Assembly (NCBI GenBank): GCA_023413895.1
Contig: JAEZOU010000014.1
Span: 8,066 to 72,065, forward strand
From: Bacteroidota bacterium
GTDB taxonomy: Bacteria > Bacteroidota > Bacteroidia > Bacteroidales > WCHB1-69
Reading direction: 5' to 3'
DNA: 64,000 bases
Under the pieces are notes generated by a model. That model was given only the letters and a program-made list of their open reading frames with translations, searched no databases and had not been told where the DNA came from. Positions 1 to 12,300 of this stretch are shown here, one piece after another (position 1 is the stretch's first letter; each line of letters opens with the position of its first letter). A program made the position numbers and the translations under genes.

Positions 1-3000
1 ATGCTAAAATTTCAGAATCTATTGGATTGATATTAAATAAGATTAGTACATACTTAGATAATACTACTGAAATTTCGTTAGGGATTACGGGATCGATAGG
101 GATGGGCATAGCAAAGCGTGGTTCTTTTCCATTTGTACAAGAGGTTGTTGCGGTAACACACGCTATTAAAATGATGAACCTACAAGTAACAACAATGATT
201 GATATTGGTGGTGAAGACACGAAAGTAGTGTTTTTCAACGAGTGCGGAGAGACCACTGATATGCGTATGAATGGTAATTGTGCAGGTGGAACAGGGGCTT
301 TTATCGACCAAATGGCAATAATTTTAAATGAGGAAATTGACAACCTAAATCGAGCAGCATTGCAAGCTCAAAAAACACATCCTATTGCTTCTCGCTGCGG
401 TGTATTTAGCAAAACTGATGTTCAAAACCTTATTGCTAAAGGTGTTGCGCGTAACGAGGTTGCTGCTTCCATTTTTCATGCAGTAGCTGTGCAAACCATA
501 ACTACTTTAGCACACGGCTGCGAAATTAAGCCTCCACTTCTATTTTGCGGTGGAACACTTACCTTAAATTCTGCACTACAGAAAGCATTTTTAAACTACT
601 TAGATATTTCAGAAAGTGACGCCATCATATTGCCCGAAGGAAATCTACTACCTGCCATAGGAGCGGCAATAGCTCACTCCGAATACTATATGTCACTAAA
701 TGATTTGAAAACAAGGCTAAAAAGCTTATCGGAAAAAACAACTTTTTCTACAAAATTATCGCCTCTATTTTCAGATAAAGATAATTATAGAACGTGGTTG
801 CAAAAGTTCAAGTTAGAAAACATAGCAAATGTCACTCTACCTAAAGGGTATCAAGAGGCATTTTTAGGCGTGGACTCAGGTTCAACAACAACAAAAGTAG
901 TACTTTTGAATGAAAAACGGCAGATGCTGTTTCATTACTACGCACCAAACGGAGGAAAACCTATTGAAGCCGTTACAATGGCATTGCAACAACTCGCAAC
1001 TCAATGTCAAAAATCTGGCACTGATTTAAACATCGTGAGGGCGTGCGCAACAGGCTATGGCGAAGAACTTATTAAACAAGCATTTGCTATGGACTATGGA
1101 GTAATTGAAACCATTGCACATTTTATTGCTGCACAAGAGATAACTCCACAAGTTTCATTCATTTTGGATATTGGAGGACAAGATATAAAGGCGATATATG
1201 TAAGAAATGGTGTAATTAACCAAATTGAGATTAATGAAGCATGTTCATCGGGCTGCGGCTCATTTTTGGAAAGTTTTGCACAAACAACAGGTTATACAAC
1301 AGAACAATTTGCGCAAATTGCTTGCCTCGCCCCATCGCCTTGCGATTTGGGCACTCGATGCACTGTTTTTATGAATTCTAAGGTTAAAAACGCTCTAAGC
1401 AACGGGCACTCTATAGAAGATGTTGCTGCAGGATTGGCCTATTCTGTTGTTAAAAATTGCTTGTATAAAGTACTAAGGCTCAATGACATTAGCACACTTG
1501 GAACTCATATTGTAGTACAAGGAGGAACTATGAAAAATGATGCCGTAGTACGCGCACTTGAAATAGAAACAGGAGCAAAAATTTTCCGTAGCGAATTTCC
1601 TGAACTGATGGGCGCTTATGGCTGCGCTCTCTACGCATTGAAACATAACAAAACTTCTAAAGAAAAAAAATCTCTACAACAATGGATTGCAAATGCAGCC
1701 TTTAAACAGAGTAATATCAATTGTAATGGTTGCGAAAATCAATGTTTAGTAACATTATATGATTTCGGAAACAAACGAAAATTCTACTCCGGAAATCGCT
1801 GCGAACGAATTTTTTTCAATACCGATTCTACACAATCGAAAATTGGTGAAAATATCTACCCTTTTAAAACACAACTTATTTTTTCTCAACCATCCTCAAC
1901 AAAAGTCACAGAAAAACATAAAATCGGAATTCCTCGATGCTTGAATATGTACGAAGACTTTCCATTTTGGCAGAGATTGTTTTCTGAATCTGGTTTCATC
2001 GTAGAGCTATCATCTCCCTCAAATTATACCAAATATGAAAAAGACGCGCAACTCGTGATGTCTGATAACATCTGTTTCCCTGCGAAACTTGTACACAGCC
2101 ATATTACCAATTTGGTTGAAAAAAAGGTGAACAGAATATTTTTACCATTTGTCGTTCATAGCCGCAAAAACGGAGGCGAAAACAGCTATAATTGCCCTAT
2201 AGTAACGGGCTATTCCGAAGTAGTTAAAAATGTTCAACGCCTTCCAATTCCGATGGACACGCCCACTTTTTCAATGCAAAATCACACACTTTTTAAGAAA
2301 CAATGTGTGAAATATTTGACAAAGTTAGATGTTTCAACTTCGGTTGCGGAGAAAGCTTTTAGATCTGCACTCCAAAGCTATGAAGCTTATGAACGAGAAA
2401 TTGCTGCTCGCGCAACAGAAATTTTTGCAAATGCTTGCAACAACGGAAAATTGACAATTTTGCTGGCAGGTCGCCCATACCATACCGACTCGCTAATTCA
2501 ACACGACATCTCTCGCATGATTGCCTCTATGAATGTAAATATAATATCGGAGGATATAGTACGCGGCAACGAAAAAAATCTTCTCAAAGAGGTTAATTTC
2601 GTTTCACAGTGGAGTTATACCAATCGGATTTTGCAAGCCGCTCGCTGGTGCGCTAAACAAAAACAAGAGGTACAGTTTGTTATGATGACCTCTTTTGGTT
2701 GTGGTCCCGATGCTTTTCTTATTGACATAGTTCGCAATATTTTAATGCAAGCAGGAAAATCGCTAACTCTCCTAAAACTTGATGACATCAACAACCTTGG
2801 TGCGATGAGGCTGCGAATCCGCTCATTAATAGATAGTATTCGTCTAATAAATGAAAAAACAAAAAGCAACGATCTTACAATTCAGAAAAGCACACCTCCG
2901 TTTTCAAAACAAGACAGAAAAAAGACGATTATTATTCCCTTTTTTACCCCTTTTATATCTCCTTTAATACCTGCCATTGTAAACAAATTAGGTTATAAGT

Positions 3001-4112
3001 TTGAAAATCTACCTATCAGTGATGAAAAATCTGTTGAATATGGTTTGAAATATGCAAATAATGAAGTGTGCTATCCTGCAACGCTCGTGGTGGGAGATTT
3101 TATTAAAGCTTTCAAGGAAGGAGGTTACGATCCCGAACAAACAGCGGTTGCTATGACACAAACAGGCGGACAATGTCGAGCAACAAACTACCTTCCTCTT
3201 ATCAAGAAAGCTTTAGTGGACGCCGGATTTGCTAATGTTCCTGTTATTTCTGTCTATTTCGGCGCAAGTATCTTAAATGAACAACCTGGATTTAAGGTAT
3301 CGTGGGCAAAAATTTTACCGTTAGCCCTCTATGCGCTACTTTTTTCTGACGCAATGGCAAAGATGTATCATGCGTGTGCAGTACGCGAAAAAACTCCAGG
3401 AGAAGCAACTCGTCTAAAAGATAAATTCCTAACTCTCGGTGCTGAATTGATAGAGAAAAATGAGTGGAAAAAACTGCTGCAACTAACGGAACTAGCGGCT
3501 CAAGAATTTGACAAAGCAACTCTTAATAGAGAAATGAAAAAGGTGGGAGTAGTTGGAGAAATTTACCTTAAATTCAATCCGTTTGCCCACAAACATGTAT
3601 TAGATTGGTTGATGGAAAGAGGCGTAGAAGTGGTCCCACCAATGCTAACAGACTTTTTCACCCAGTTCTTTGTCAATCGAAAGACAAAGAAAAAGGCTAT
3701 GATCAATAGTAACTTCATTCCTGATTGGATTTTTGATAAAACCTATTTTTATTTGAAGAAAATTGTACATCTCTTTGATATTGCAGGCTCAAAATTCCGC
3801 TATTATATTCCTTTCAACGATATTTTTGAAGAAGCAGAAGAGGGTGAAAAAATCATCAATATGAATGCACAATTTGGCGAAGGTTGGCTACTTCCCGCAG
3901 AAATTGCTACCTATTACAAACAAGGTGTCCACAACGTTATTTCCCTGCAACCTTTTGGATGCATTGCCAATCATATTATTGTTAGAGGAATTGAAAAGAG
4001 GTTAAAATTACTATTCCCCGACCTTAATCTACTTTCGCTCGATTTTGATAGTAGCGTGAGTGAAGTAAATATTACAAATCGTATGTTGTTATTTATAGAT
4101 AATTTAAAATAG
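1..4112 (+). CDS. Acyl-CoA dehydratase activase-related fusion protein (two BcrAD/BadFG-type ATPase domains plus an HgdB/DUF2229-like dehydratase-component region), 5' partial
   Basis: The reading frame stays open back to base 3, so the N-terminus lies upstream of the window. Actin-fold ATPase motifs appear twice (MIDIGGEDTKVV; FLGVDSGSTTTKVVLL with ILDIGGQDIKAI). A Cys cluster NCNGCENQC follows. The long C-terminal half has the architecture of YjiL/YjiM-type fusions. Confidence 0.8.
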   Translation, partial: AKISESIGLILNKISTYLDNTTEISLGITGSIGMGIAKRGSFPFVQEVVAVTHAIKMMNLQVTTMIDIGGEDTKVVFFNECGETTDMRMNGNCAGGTGAFIDQMAIILNEEIDNLNRAALQAQKTHPIASRCGVFSKTDVQNLIAKGVARNEVAASIFHAVAVQTITTLAHGCEIKPPLLFCGGTLTLNSALQKAFLNYLDISESDAIILPEGNLLPAIGAAIAHSEYYMSLNDLKTRLKSLSEKTTFSTKLSPLFSDKDNYRTWLQKFKLENIANVTLPKGYQEAFLGVDSGSTTTKVVLLNEKRQMLFHYYAPNGGKPIEAVTMALQQLATQCQKSGTDLNIVRACATGYGEELIKQAFAMDYGVIETIAHFIAAQEITPQVSFILDIGGQDIKAIYVRNGVINQIEINEACSSGCGSFLESFAQTTGYTTEQFAQIACLAPSPCDLGTRCTVFMNSKVKNALSNGHSIEDVAAGLAYSVVKNCLYKVLRLNDISTLGTHIVVQGGTMKNDAVVRALEIETGAKIFRSEFPELMGAYGCALYALKHNKTSKEKKSLQQWIANAAFKQSNINCNGCENQCLVTLYDFGNKRKFYSGNRCERIFFNTDSTQSKIGENIYPFKTQLIFSQPSSTKVTEKHKIGIPRCLNMYEDFPFWQRLFSESGFIVELSSPSNYTKYEKDAQLVMSDNICFPAKLVHSHITNLVEKKVNRIFLPFVVHSRKNGGENSYNCPIVTGYSEVVKNVQRLPIPMDTPTFSMQNHTLFKKQCVKYLTKLDVSTSVAEKAFRSALQSYEAYEREIAARATEIFANACNNGKLTILLAGRPYHTDSLIQHDISRMIASMNVNIISEDIVRGNEKNLLKEVNFVSQWSYTNRILQAARWCAKQKQEVQFVMMTSFGCGPDAFLIDIVRNILMQAGKSLTLLKLDDINNLGAMRLRIRSLIDSIRLINEKTKSNDLTIQKSTPPFSKQDRKKTIIIPFFTPFISPLIPAIVNKLGYKFENLPISDEKSVEYGLKYANNEVCYPATLVVGDFIKAFKEGGYDPEQTAVAMTQTGGQCRATNYLPLIKKALVDAGFANVPVISVYFGASILNEQPGFKVSWAKILPLALYALLFSDAMAKMYHACAVREKTPGEATRLKDKFLTLGAELIEKNEWKKLLQLTELAAQEFDKATLNREMKKVGVVGEIYLKFNPFAHKHVLDWLMERGVEVVPPMLTDFFTQFFVNRKTKKKAMINSNFIPDWIFDKTYFYLKKIVHLFDIAGSKFRYYIPFNDIFEEAEEGEKIINMNAQFGEGWLLPAEIATYYKQGVHNVISLQPFGCIANHIIVRGIEKRLKLLFPDLNLLSLDFDSSVSEVNITNRMLLFIDNLK

Positions 4113-4116
4113 AATT

Positions 4117-4722
4117 ATGGAACTAAGTGTTGAAGAAAAAATTGTAAAAGCCGCAAAAGAGGTTTTTCTTAAAAAAGGATATAATGAAACCAATATGGCT
4201 GATATTGCAGAAGTTGTCGGGTTAACGCGACCCACTTTAAACTACTATTTCAGAACGAAAGAGCGACTCTTTCAAGCTGTTTTTAGTGAAATTTTGCGAA
4301 GTTTCATTCCCAAAATCAAATCACTAATTTCAGCAGATTTACCTTTAGAGGAAAAAATAGAACAAATTGTGCAAAATTACTTTCAAATTGTTATGCAATC
4401 CCCGGAACTTCCTCTCTTTATATTGAAAGAAGCAAATAGAGATAGTTCGGGATTTATTGATAATGCGATAGATATTTTCAGCCTATTAAATGGAGTAAAA
4501 GAGGCAATTCTAATAGAGATGGAAAAAGGATACATGCGTAAAATTCCACCTTTAGAAGTTTTCTATACTTTCTACAGCTTAATAACTTTTCCCTTTTTGA
4601 CAAAACCATTTCTTTCTCAGATAATTAATCCTGAAATAATAGATAAAGAATTGAATGAGCATTGGCGGCACAATATTGTACGTCAGATGCTATTTTTGCT
4701 AAAACCAGAGCCCCAAAATTAG
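4117..4722 (+). CDS. TetR/AcrR family transcriptional regulator
   Basis: N-terminal helix-turn-helix GYNETNMADIAEVVGLTRPTLNYYFRTKERLF. 201 aa. Starts 4 nt after the upstream stop. Confidence 0.85.
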   Translation: MELSVEEKIVKAAKEVFLKKGYNETNMADIAEVVGLTRPTLNYYFRTKERLFQAVFSEILRSFIPKIKSLISADLPLEEKIEQIVQNYFQIVMQSPELPLFILKEANRDSSGFIDNAIDIFSLLNGVKEAILIEMEKGYMRKIPPLEVFYTFYSLITFPFLTKPFLSQIINPEIIDKELNEHWRHNIVRQMLFLLKPEPQN

Positions 4723-4755
4723 CATATTGGCAGCATTAGAAATAAAGAAAAAGAT

Positions 4756-4763
4756 TATCTTTG
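4756..4763 (+). promoter_or_regulatory. -7 box TAtcTTTG for the methyltransferase gene
   Basis: Exact TAnnTTTG, ending 9 nt before ATG 4773. The mRNA would be almost leaderless unless ATG 4782 is used. Confidence 0.45.
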
Positions 4764-4772
4764 CGCTCTAAA

Positions 4773-5519
4773 ATGACAATTATGCAAAAGAATACACTTT
4801 TCGTTGCTGATGACCCGATGGGTGCTGCTATTTATGACTATCATAAAAATGGAAAAGCAGATAAACTACGTGTATTTTCCTCTTGTATGGAGGAGGACGA
4901 AATCCCTGTTTCGGAGTTATTTCGGACCTTCTCCGAAATGCCAAATTTAGAGCAAATAGCTTTAAAAATGGCAATAGGGAACATATTAGATGTTGGCGGT
5001 GGAAGCGGTTGTCACTCTCTGGCACTCAAAGAGATGGGGAAAGAAACTTTGGCAATTGACATCTCACCTTTAGCTGTAGAGGTAATGCGTGAACGTGGCA
5101 TCAATGCGCAAGTAACCAATCTTTATGATGAAAATTTTTCAGAAAAATTCGATACTATACTCCTGCTGATGAATGGTTCGGGAATTATTGGCAACCTCGA
5201 GAATATGGAGCATTTCTTCACTCGAATCCGCACCTTACTCAACCCAGGAGGCTGTGTATTAATGGACTCCAGCGACCTGCGCTATCTTTTTGAAGAAGAG
5301 GACGGAAGTTTTTCTATCAACCTTGCCGACGAATACTACGGACAATTTGACTATCAAATGCAATATAAAGAGATTAAAGGTCAACCTTTTGATTGGCTCT
5401 ATATCGATTTCGACACACTAAGTTTCTATGCCGAGAAATATGGCTTCCGTGTAGAGTTAGCCGCATCGGGAAATCACTACGACTACCTTGCCAAACTCGC
5501 TCCTATTGAAGATAGGTAA
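4773..5519 (+). CDS. Class I SAM-dependent methyltransferase
   Basis: SAM-binding motif I ILDVGGGSGCHSLAL, followed by an acidic loop (AIDIS). The ORF track starts at TTG 4761, but that codon lies inside the -7 promoter box at 4756-4763, so ATG 4773 (or 4782) is more likely. Confidence 0.75.
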   Translation: MTIMQKNTLFVADDPMGAAIYDYHKNGKADKLRVFSSCMEEDEIPVSELFRTFSEMPNLEQIALKMAIGNILDVGGGSGCHSLALKEMGKETLAIDISPLAVEVMRERGINAQVTNLYDENFSEKFDTILLLMNGSGIIGNLENMEHFFTRIRTLLNPGGCVLMDSSDLRYLFEEEDGSFSINLADEYYGQFDYQMQYKEIKGQPFDWLYIDFDTLSFYAEKYGFRVELAASGNHYDYLAKLAPIEDR

Positions 5520-5522
5520 ACT

Positions 5523-6179
5523 TTATCTGTCAATATATTTGAATTTGCTTTTGTCGCGTGGCTTGGCATCTGGTGTTTCATCTGCATAACCAAAACCTAC
5601 ACATAGGCAAAGATCGTAATTTTCACTAAAATCTAGCATCTCAATTTGTGATTGACAAAGTTCGTTATCTTTCAGAAAACGAATTGGACTTCCCAAACAG
5701 ATAGAACCTACACCTAACGACCAGGCGGAAAGCATCATATTTTCTGCTAATAGACCGCAATCATATTCTGAAAAATCATAAGTAGTATCACGCGCAATAA
5801 AAACCATTGTAGGCGCACCTCTGAAACAGCCTTTCACCTCATCTGGATTCATTTCTGGATGCGCTTGCGCCATCTTCTCTTTCATCTCCTCCATAAGTTG
5901 GGCATCGTCAATAACACGAATCTCCCACGACTGCAAATTACGACCATTCGGTGCATTAATTCCGCACTCCAAAATCTGATTCATGATAGCCCTTTCTACA
6001 GGTTGCGCTTTATACTTACGGATACTTCTCCGAGCCATAATATTCTCAATTACAGCATTTTCATTGTTCATAGTGGTTTCCTCCATTTCTTTTGTGATAG
6101 GTTCCTCTTGCTTCTGTGGCGTGCAAGATGATAAAATGGCAATACAGAAAATTACCATAAAACTTTTAATGATTTTCAT
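5523..6179 (-). CDS. Nitroreductase family protein with an N-terminal lipoprotein-type signal peptide
   Basis: RRSIRKY motif and a nitroreductase-like fold sequence (INAPNGRNLQSWE). The N-terminus MKIIKSFMVIFCIAILSSC has a lipobox. A perfect -7 box sits 26 nt upstream of ATG 6179. Confidence 0.75.
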   Translation of the reverse strand: MKIIKSFMVIFCIAILSSCTPQKQEEPITKEMEETTMNNENAVIENIMARRSIRKYKAQPVERAIMNQILECGINAPNGRNLQSWEIRVIDDAQLMEEMKEKMAQAHPEMNPDEVKGCFRGAPTMVFIARDTTYDFSEYDCGLLAENMMLSAWSLGVGSICLGSPIRFLKDNELCQSQIEMLDFSENYDLCLCVGFGYADETPDAKPRDKSKFKYIDR

Positions 6180-6204
6180 ATCTTTAATTTTTGTTTTATG
6201 GGTG

Positions 6205-6212
6205 CAAATATA
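6205..6212 (-). promoter_or_regulatory. Bacteroidota sigma-A -7 box (TAtaTTTG) for the nitroreductase gene
   Basis: The plus strand reads CAAATATA, the reverse complement of TAnnTTTG. It lies 26 nt upstream of the ATG. Confidence 0.5.
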
Positions 6213-6252
6213 TCTTTTTTTTCATTGCTGTACGATATAAAACGATGTGATG

Positions 6253-6290
6253 CAAAACAAAAAAGGAGACGTACCGCAGCACGCCTCCTT
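6253..6290 (-). terminator. Rho-independent terminator after the giant gene
   Basis: On the minus strand: AAGGAGGCGT-GCTGCGGT-ACGTCTCCTT, a 10-bp stem with one G-U pair, followed by TTTTGTTTTG. Confidence 0.75.
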
Positions 6291-6312
6291 GAAGTTATCG
6301 ATAATTCAGAAA

Positions 6313-9300
6313 TTATCTCTTTACAAATCTCTTTGTTACCATTCCTTCAGCAGCATTGATACGTACCATATACATACCATTTGCTAATTGAGAAACGTCA
6401 ACTTGAGTTGTTAGTGTTTCGATTGTAGTGTTAGAAATCAATTTTCCATAAACGTCGAAGATTTGCATTTCAGCGCCGAGGAAACGACTATCTGCCACCT
6501 GAATTTGAATTTGTGAAGTTGCTGGGTTTGGATAGAGAGCAACAGCAGCATTCAAATCGATCTCTTCGATACCTGTTTCTTCAACAAATTCAACAGCAAT
6601 TGTGTGGTTAGCTACAACGGCAGAGAATGTGTATTCGTTGTTTGCAGGAATAGCTGTTTCGGCATCGTCAACTAACAATCTGTCAACTACAGCGCCAGCG
6701 TTAGCAGCAAAGGTGAAGGTTACATCGCTACCTTCTTGAACGGTAACGGTTCCGTTTGGTGTGATGGTTCCAGGACCAGAAGCAGAAGCTGTAATCACGT
6801 AAGTAGTAACTTGACCTGCAAGGGTTGTAAATGGAATTTCAGCAGACCAATCACTTTCAGTATCGGTATCGCAGATTGCTTTTACGCGAACTAAGTAATC
6901 AGTAGATGGTGTTAAACCTGTAATATTATATGTTGCAGATGTCAATGTTGGAGAAGCTGTCCAGTTTTCTGCAGTAGCCTCTTTGTATTCAACAACCCAA
7001 GCATCAGCAGTGCTTACCCAAGTAACAGTAGCAGCGGTTTCTGTTGGTGAAACCTGAACGTTTACAGGAGCATCGCAAGGTTCTTCAGTAACAAGAGCTG
7101 TAACCACAACATCATCAATATTACAAGAGTAGTATGAAGATCCTGTATAGTTCCACAAGAAAGTAATTCTTCCAGCAGTAGCTGTAACTGAAGTGAAATC
7201 AACAGAATCGTTGGTTATAGTCGTAGTATTTGTTAGGGTTGCAACTTCTACAAAAGAGGTTGCCAAGTTATTTACATCTGTAACATAACCCACTTTTAAA
7301 GTTCCACTAGTAGCGCTTTCCATTCTAAAAGCAAATGCTACCTGAAGTGTATTCAATGGAGCTGAGAACTCAGGAAGAACAGCGTACGCATTGGTAGCAG
7401 GTGAAGAACCAACAAATGAAAGTGCATTAGGTTGAGACACTGGATACCAATAGCTACCGCTTCCCACAACGTGTGGTGCAGGACGAGTATCGTTATCTGT
7501 ATAGGTAGCCCAGCAAAGTGGAATAGGACCTTCTGTATTATATGTAGTACCTGAATAACTATCAAAATTTTCAGTATATGGTAAGGTGCTAATTACACCA
7601 CATTCTGTAGCGAAAGTAGCTACATTTGACCAAAGCGATACATCTGTTGCACTACAAGCAGTTTGAACATATACATCATACATTGTTGAAGGAGTCAAAC
7701 CTGTTAAAGTATAAGGATTAGTAACTCCACTTACTACTGTTCCTTGTCCCTGTTCAAAACCTATAGGACCATACTCAATATTCCAAGAGGTTGCATCATT
7801 TCGTTCTGTCCAAGAAAGAGTTACTGTTGTAGTTGTTTCATTAGAAGCTATAACATCTTTAGGACGAATACAAGTAGGAATAATTTCTACTTTGAAATCA
7901 TCTAAAAACATGTAGTTTGCAGCATCTCTTTCTGAAAGGAATGCAATATATTGTGCAGTTCCCGTATAGTTATTGAAATAAACTTCAAACTCTTCCCAAT
8001 TAGAAGTTGCAGTTGGAGATAAGGTTTCAATTGGAACAAAAGTATTTCTATCATTAGGATCTGTCATAACACCAACCACAATATTATATGCAGCAGAAGC
8101 TTTTCTCAATTTGAAAGTAGCCATTAATGTATTGATTGGCAATGTTGAAGAGATAGCAGGAGTTGTAGCAATAGTATAATTATTTGCAGTAGAATAGAAA
8201 TAGAGACTTCCTGCTCCATTAGGCGTTGCTTGCGTTGTATTGATATACGGATAATCAGTAGTAGAAACAACAGAAGTATTTCTTCCCCAACAAGTTGGAT
8301 ACGCTAAGGTTCCAGTTCCGTAAGTGTCGAAACTATCAGTATAAGGCAATTGTGTAATCTCTTCACAATCAGTTCTGAAATTATATACGCTACTCCATTC
8401 ACTGTTTCCATCATCGCCTCCACACATAGTACGAACATAAACATCATACATGGTACCAGGAAGAAGGTTGGTCAATGTGTAAAGTGTAGAGGTAGCAGTA
8501 ACCACATTAGAACCTGTAGTTTGTACATTAGGGTTGAAACCTTCTGGACCATATGCTACTTCCCAGCTAGTTCCTACGTTGCCTGAATTCCAACTCAATT
8601 CTGCAGTAGTCAACGTAATGTTATCACAAGCTACTTGGGTTGGTTTCACACAGATTGGAGCATAATCCACAACTAAATTATCCATTTGGAGATAGTTGCT
8701 TGTTGTTGACTGAGAACGAATTGCAATATAACGACCAGTACCTTGGTAGTTGTTCAACGGAATACTGAATGAGTTCCAAACCAGTGTACGAGGCTCGATA
8801 CGACTTACAAGTTCAAAAGTAGAAGTATCTGTTGGATCTGTCATCACACCCAAATCTACATAATAACTCATGTTGGTAAATTTACCAAAGAAGTTCACTT
8901 GCAACTGGTTAACATCAACATTAAATTCAGGAAGAACTGCAAATACATAATTAGAAGATGTAGTATAGAAATACAAACCTCCAACTCCATTAAATTTGTT
9001 AGTTGCGTGGATATAGTTGGTTCCAGCACCTACTTTAGTCCAACAATCTGGGAATGCACTTGTACCCGTTGCACCATCATCAAAACTATTAGTGTATGGA
9101 ATTGATTTGGGCGCACAGGTTGTAGTGAAAGTAACCACTTGTGAATAAGCACTAGTTTCACCATTTGAACAAATAGTTCTTACGTAGAAATCGTAAGTGG
9201 TTTCTGGTTGTAATCCTGTCAAAGTAAATGGATTATCAAGTACTGAAATTGGAAATACGGTATCAATAGAGAAACCTGTTTCTGAATAAAGCACTTCAAA

Positions 9301-12300
9301 GTTGGTTTCAGATTCGCTTGCATTCCAAGATAAGGTAGCGCTGTTATATGTTATTTGGTCAACAGTTACATATTGAGGTGTTATACATTCTTCTGCTTGC
9401 TCAATTACAAGATCATCAAAATAATAGCTATTAGTAGCGCTAAGGTCTCCGCACTTAAACGCGATATAGCGATCGTTTTCATTGCAGCCCATCAGATAAA
9501 CCACCTTGTCTTCCCAAGTATTAATTTCATCTACATATACTCTTCCTACTTCGTGGAATGTGGTTGGATCCAAAGGATTGGTCATTGTACCCACAACCAT
9601 TTCGTAAGTTGCTGTTCCGGTACGCATTTTGAATGAAAGTTTCAAAGTACGCAAATCGATTGATTCTTCAAATTCAGGAGTAATTGCAATTGTATAGTAA
9701 GAGGTTGTTCCATACATATACATTGAACCTGGAGAAGAACTATAGTTAGAACTATTGATATATGGATAAGTTGTTGTTCCACTATTATATTTTGTCCAAC
9801 AAGTTGGATATGTTCCAGTACCTGTTCCGTAGGTATCGAAACTTTCCATATAAGGAAGTGTCGCAACAGGGAGACAATTAGTAGCTTCGGTAATAGCATA
9901 ACTATATTCGGTTACTTCACCATTACATACTGAACGAACTTTGATGTTATAAGCCGTTCCTGGTTGCAAATTGTTGATGGTATAGAATGTATCGGTAATA
10001 AATTCCACAATAGTCCAATCTGAAGAATCTATTGGTTGGTAAGCCAAATTCCATTCAATTTCGTCAGCACCTGGAGTCCAAGCAATATCGATACTATTTT
10101 CAGTTTTTGCAGTAACCGTAACATCGGTAGGTCTGAAGCAAGTTGGAATCAAATCCAACATCACATTATCAAGATAAGTAGCACCCTTATGAGATTTGAA
10201 TGCAATGTAACGGCCCGTTCCTTGGTAATTTGCAAAAGAAACCATCAATTCTTCCCATACATTGGTTGCAGAAGTTGTTACTGTGTCAACAGGAACAAAT
10301 GAACTGATTGAATCTGGATGACTCATCACACCTACAATAAGGTTATAGGTTGCTGTTCCTTTTCTCAACATAAATGAAACTGCCAAGGTGTTCATATTAA
10401 TAGTTGGATCCACCTCAGGCATAATTGCTAAAGAATAATTTGTTGAAGAGCCATACATATACGCTGAACCAGGAGCAGAAAAATTGTATGTAGCATAAAT
10501 ATAAGGATAGTTGCCAGATGTACTATAATATTTATCCCAACAGGTTGGGAAAGTTCCTGATCCTGTTCCATAAAGGTCAAAATTTTCAGTATATGGGAAT
10601 GAAGAGATAGCTCCACAACTTGTTGCAAAAGTTTCGGCAATTGAGTAGAAGCTTTCCTCTGTACCACAATAAAGTTTCACCTCAATCTCATAATGAGTAT
10701 TTGGATTCAATCCTGTAAGAGATATATTGTTGTTGTATGCAGGAACTTCTGTCCAAGTATCGGTATCCAACTGACGATATCTTACATTCCAACCCGTTGC
10801 AGCTGTATTTGCACTCCAAGATACATCTGCTGTAGTTCCTGTAATATTAGCAATAGTAATATCTGTTGGACGAGGACAAGATGGAATATAATCAATCATA
10901 ACGTCATCAATCCAATAAAACCAAGATGTATTGTTAGCAATAGTTGGAACCATACGGAAAGCGATGTGATTTCCTGTACCTGTTAATAAAGTGCTATCCA
11001 AATTGAATTCTGCAAAATACCAAGTTTTGTATGAAGTTCCTGGGTCAAGAACACCTACTACTTCAAAGGTTGATGTATCAGCAGGATTGCTCATTACACC
11101 TACCTCTAAAACACCTGACGTTGCGCCTTCTTTATTGTAATAGAAGGAGAGTTGTAATCCGTGTAAATCGGCATCAATAGCTTGTGTAGCTGCCCACGCT
11201 CTATTACTTTGTAAACGTAAACTATTAGGAGCACTTACCGAATATGCATTAACAATGTAAGGAGCAATGGTAGTACCTGAAATATAGGTTAATGGACGTG
11301 TCCAGCAGTATGGGAATGCGCCATTGTTTACACCATAATCGTCAAAATGTTCAATATATGGCAATTCTGAAATAGGATTACAAGCGGTTCTAAAAGAAAC
11401 ATTTTCAGTCCAATAACTATGGGTTTGGTCATCACAATATGCTCTTACTCTGAAAGAATATTCTGTATTAATAGACAAACCCGTAGCCACGTATGAGGTG
11501 TCTTGAATACCTGTAACGTTGGTTACTATACTATCGCTCATATTCATTATTTCTAACTCGTAAGAAGCCACGTTAGTTCCTGTTGGAGCCCACGCTACAG
11601 TGATTGAGTTAGTCAAAGATTCTACCAACGTAACATCGCCTGGCATTACACAAGTTTGGGTTTCTGCCAAGAACAAGTTATCAATATAAAAATTATTTGT
11701 AGTATCTGGAGTACAGAATGCGATATGGCGTCCGTTTCCAGTATAACTACTAAAATCAACAGTTTGAGGTGTCCAAGTGTTTGTTGTTTCAATAGTTAAC
11801 GTATCTACAACTACAAATGTACTCAATGAATCTGGATTGGTCATCACACCTACTAACAAATGGTAAGCTACATTGGAAGTTCTTCCATCCAAAGTCATAA
11901 ACAATCTGTTTACTTGGATAGATTCATCTAAAGCAAAAGATGCAGCAGTTGTTGCAGTTGTTGTTGAGTAAAAATATAGAGAACCTACACCACCATTGTT
12001 GGTTGTGTTGATGTACGGATAGTAAGAGTAGCTTCCTGGAACAATTGTCCAACAAGGATGGTGAGCACTTGAACCTGTTCCATAATCATCAAATCCTTCT
12101 GAATAAGGAATTTGAGAGATTGGTTCACAGAAAGTTGTAAAATCAATTTCACCTTCCAAATATTCACTTTCTCCATCAGTACAAATAGTTTTTACGCGTG
12201 CCAAATAGGTATAATTTGTATTGGCATCCAATCCTGTGAATTCATAATAAGGTGTTGTCAAGTTCTCTACTACTGTCCAAGGATCTAACTCCGACAATCT

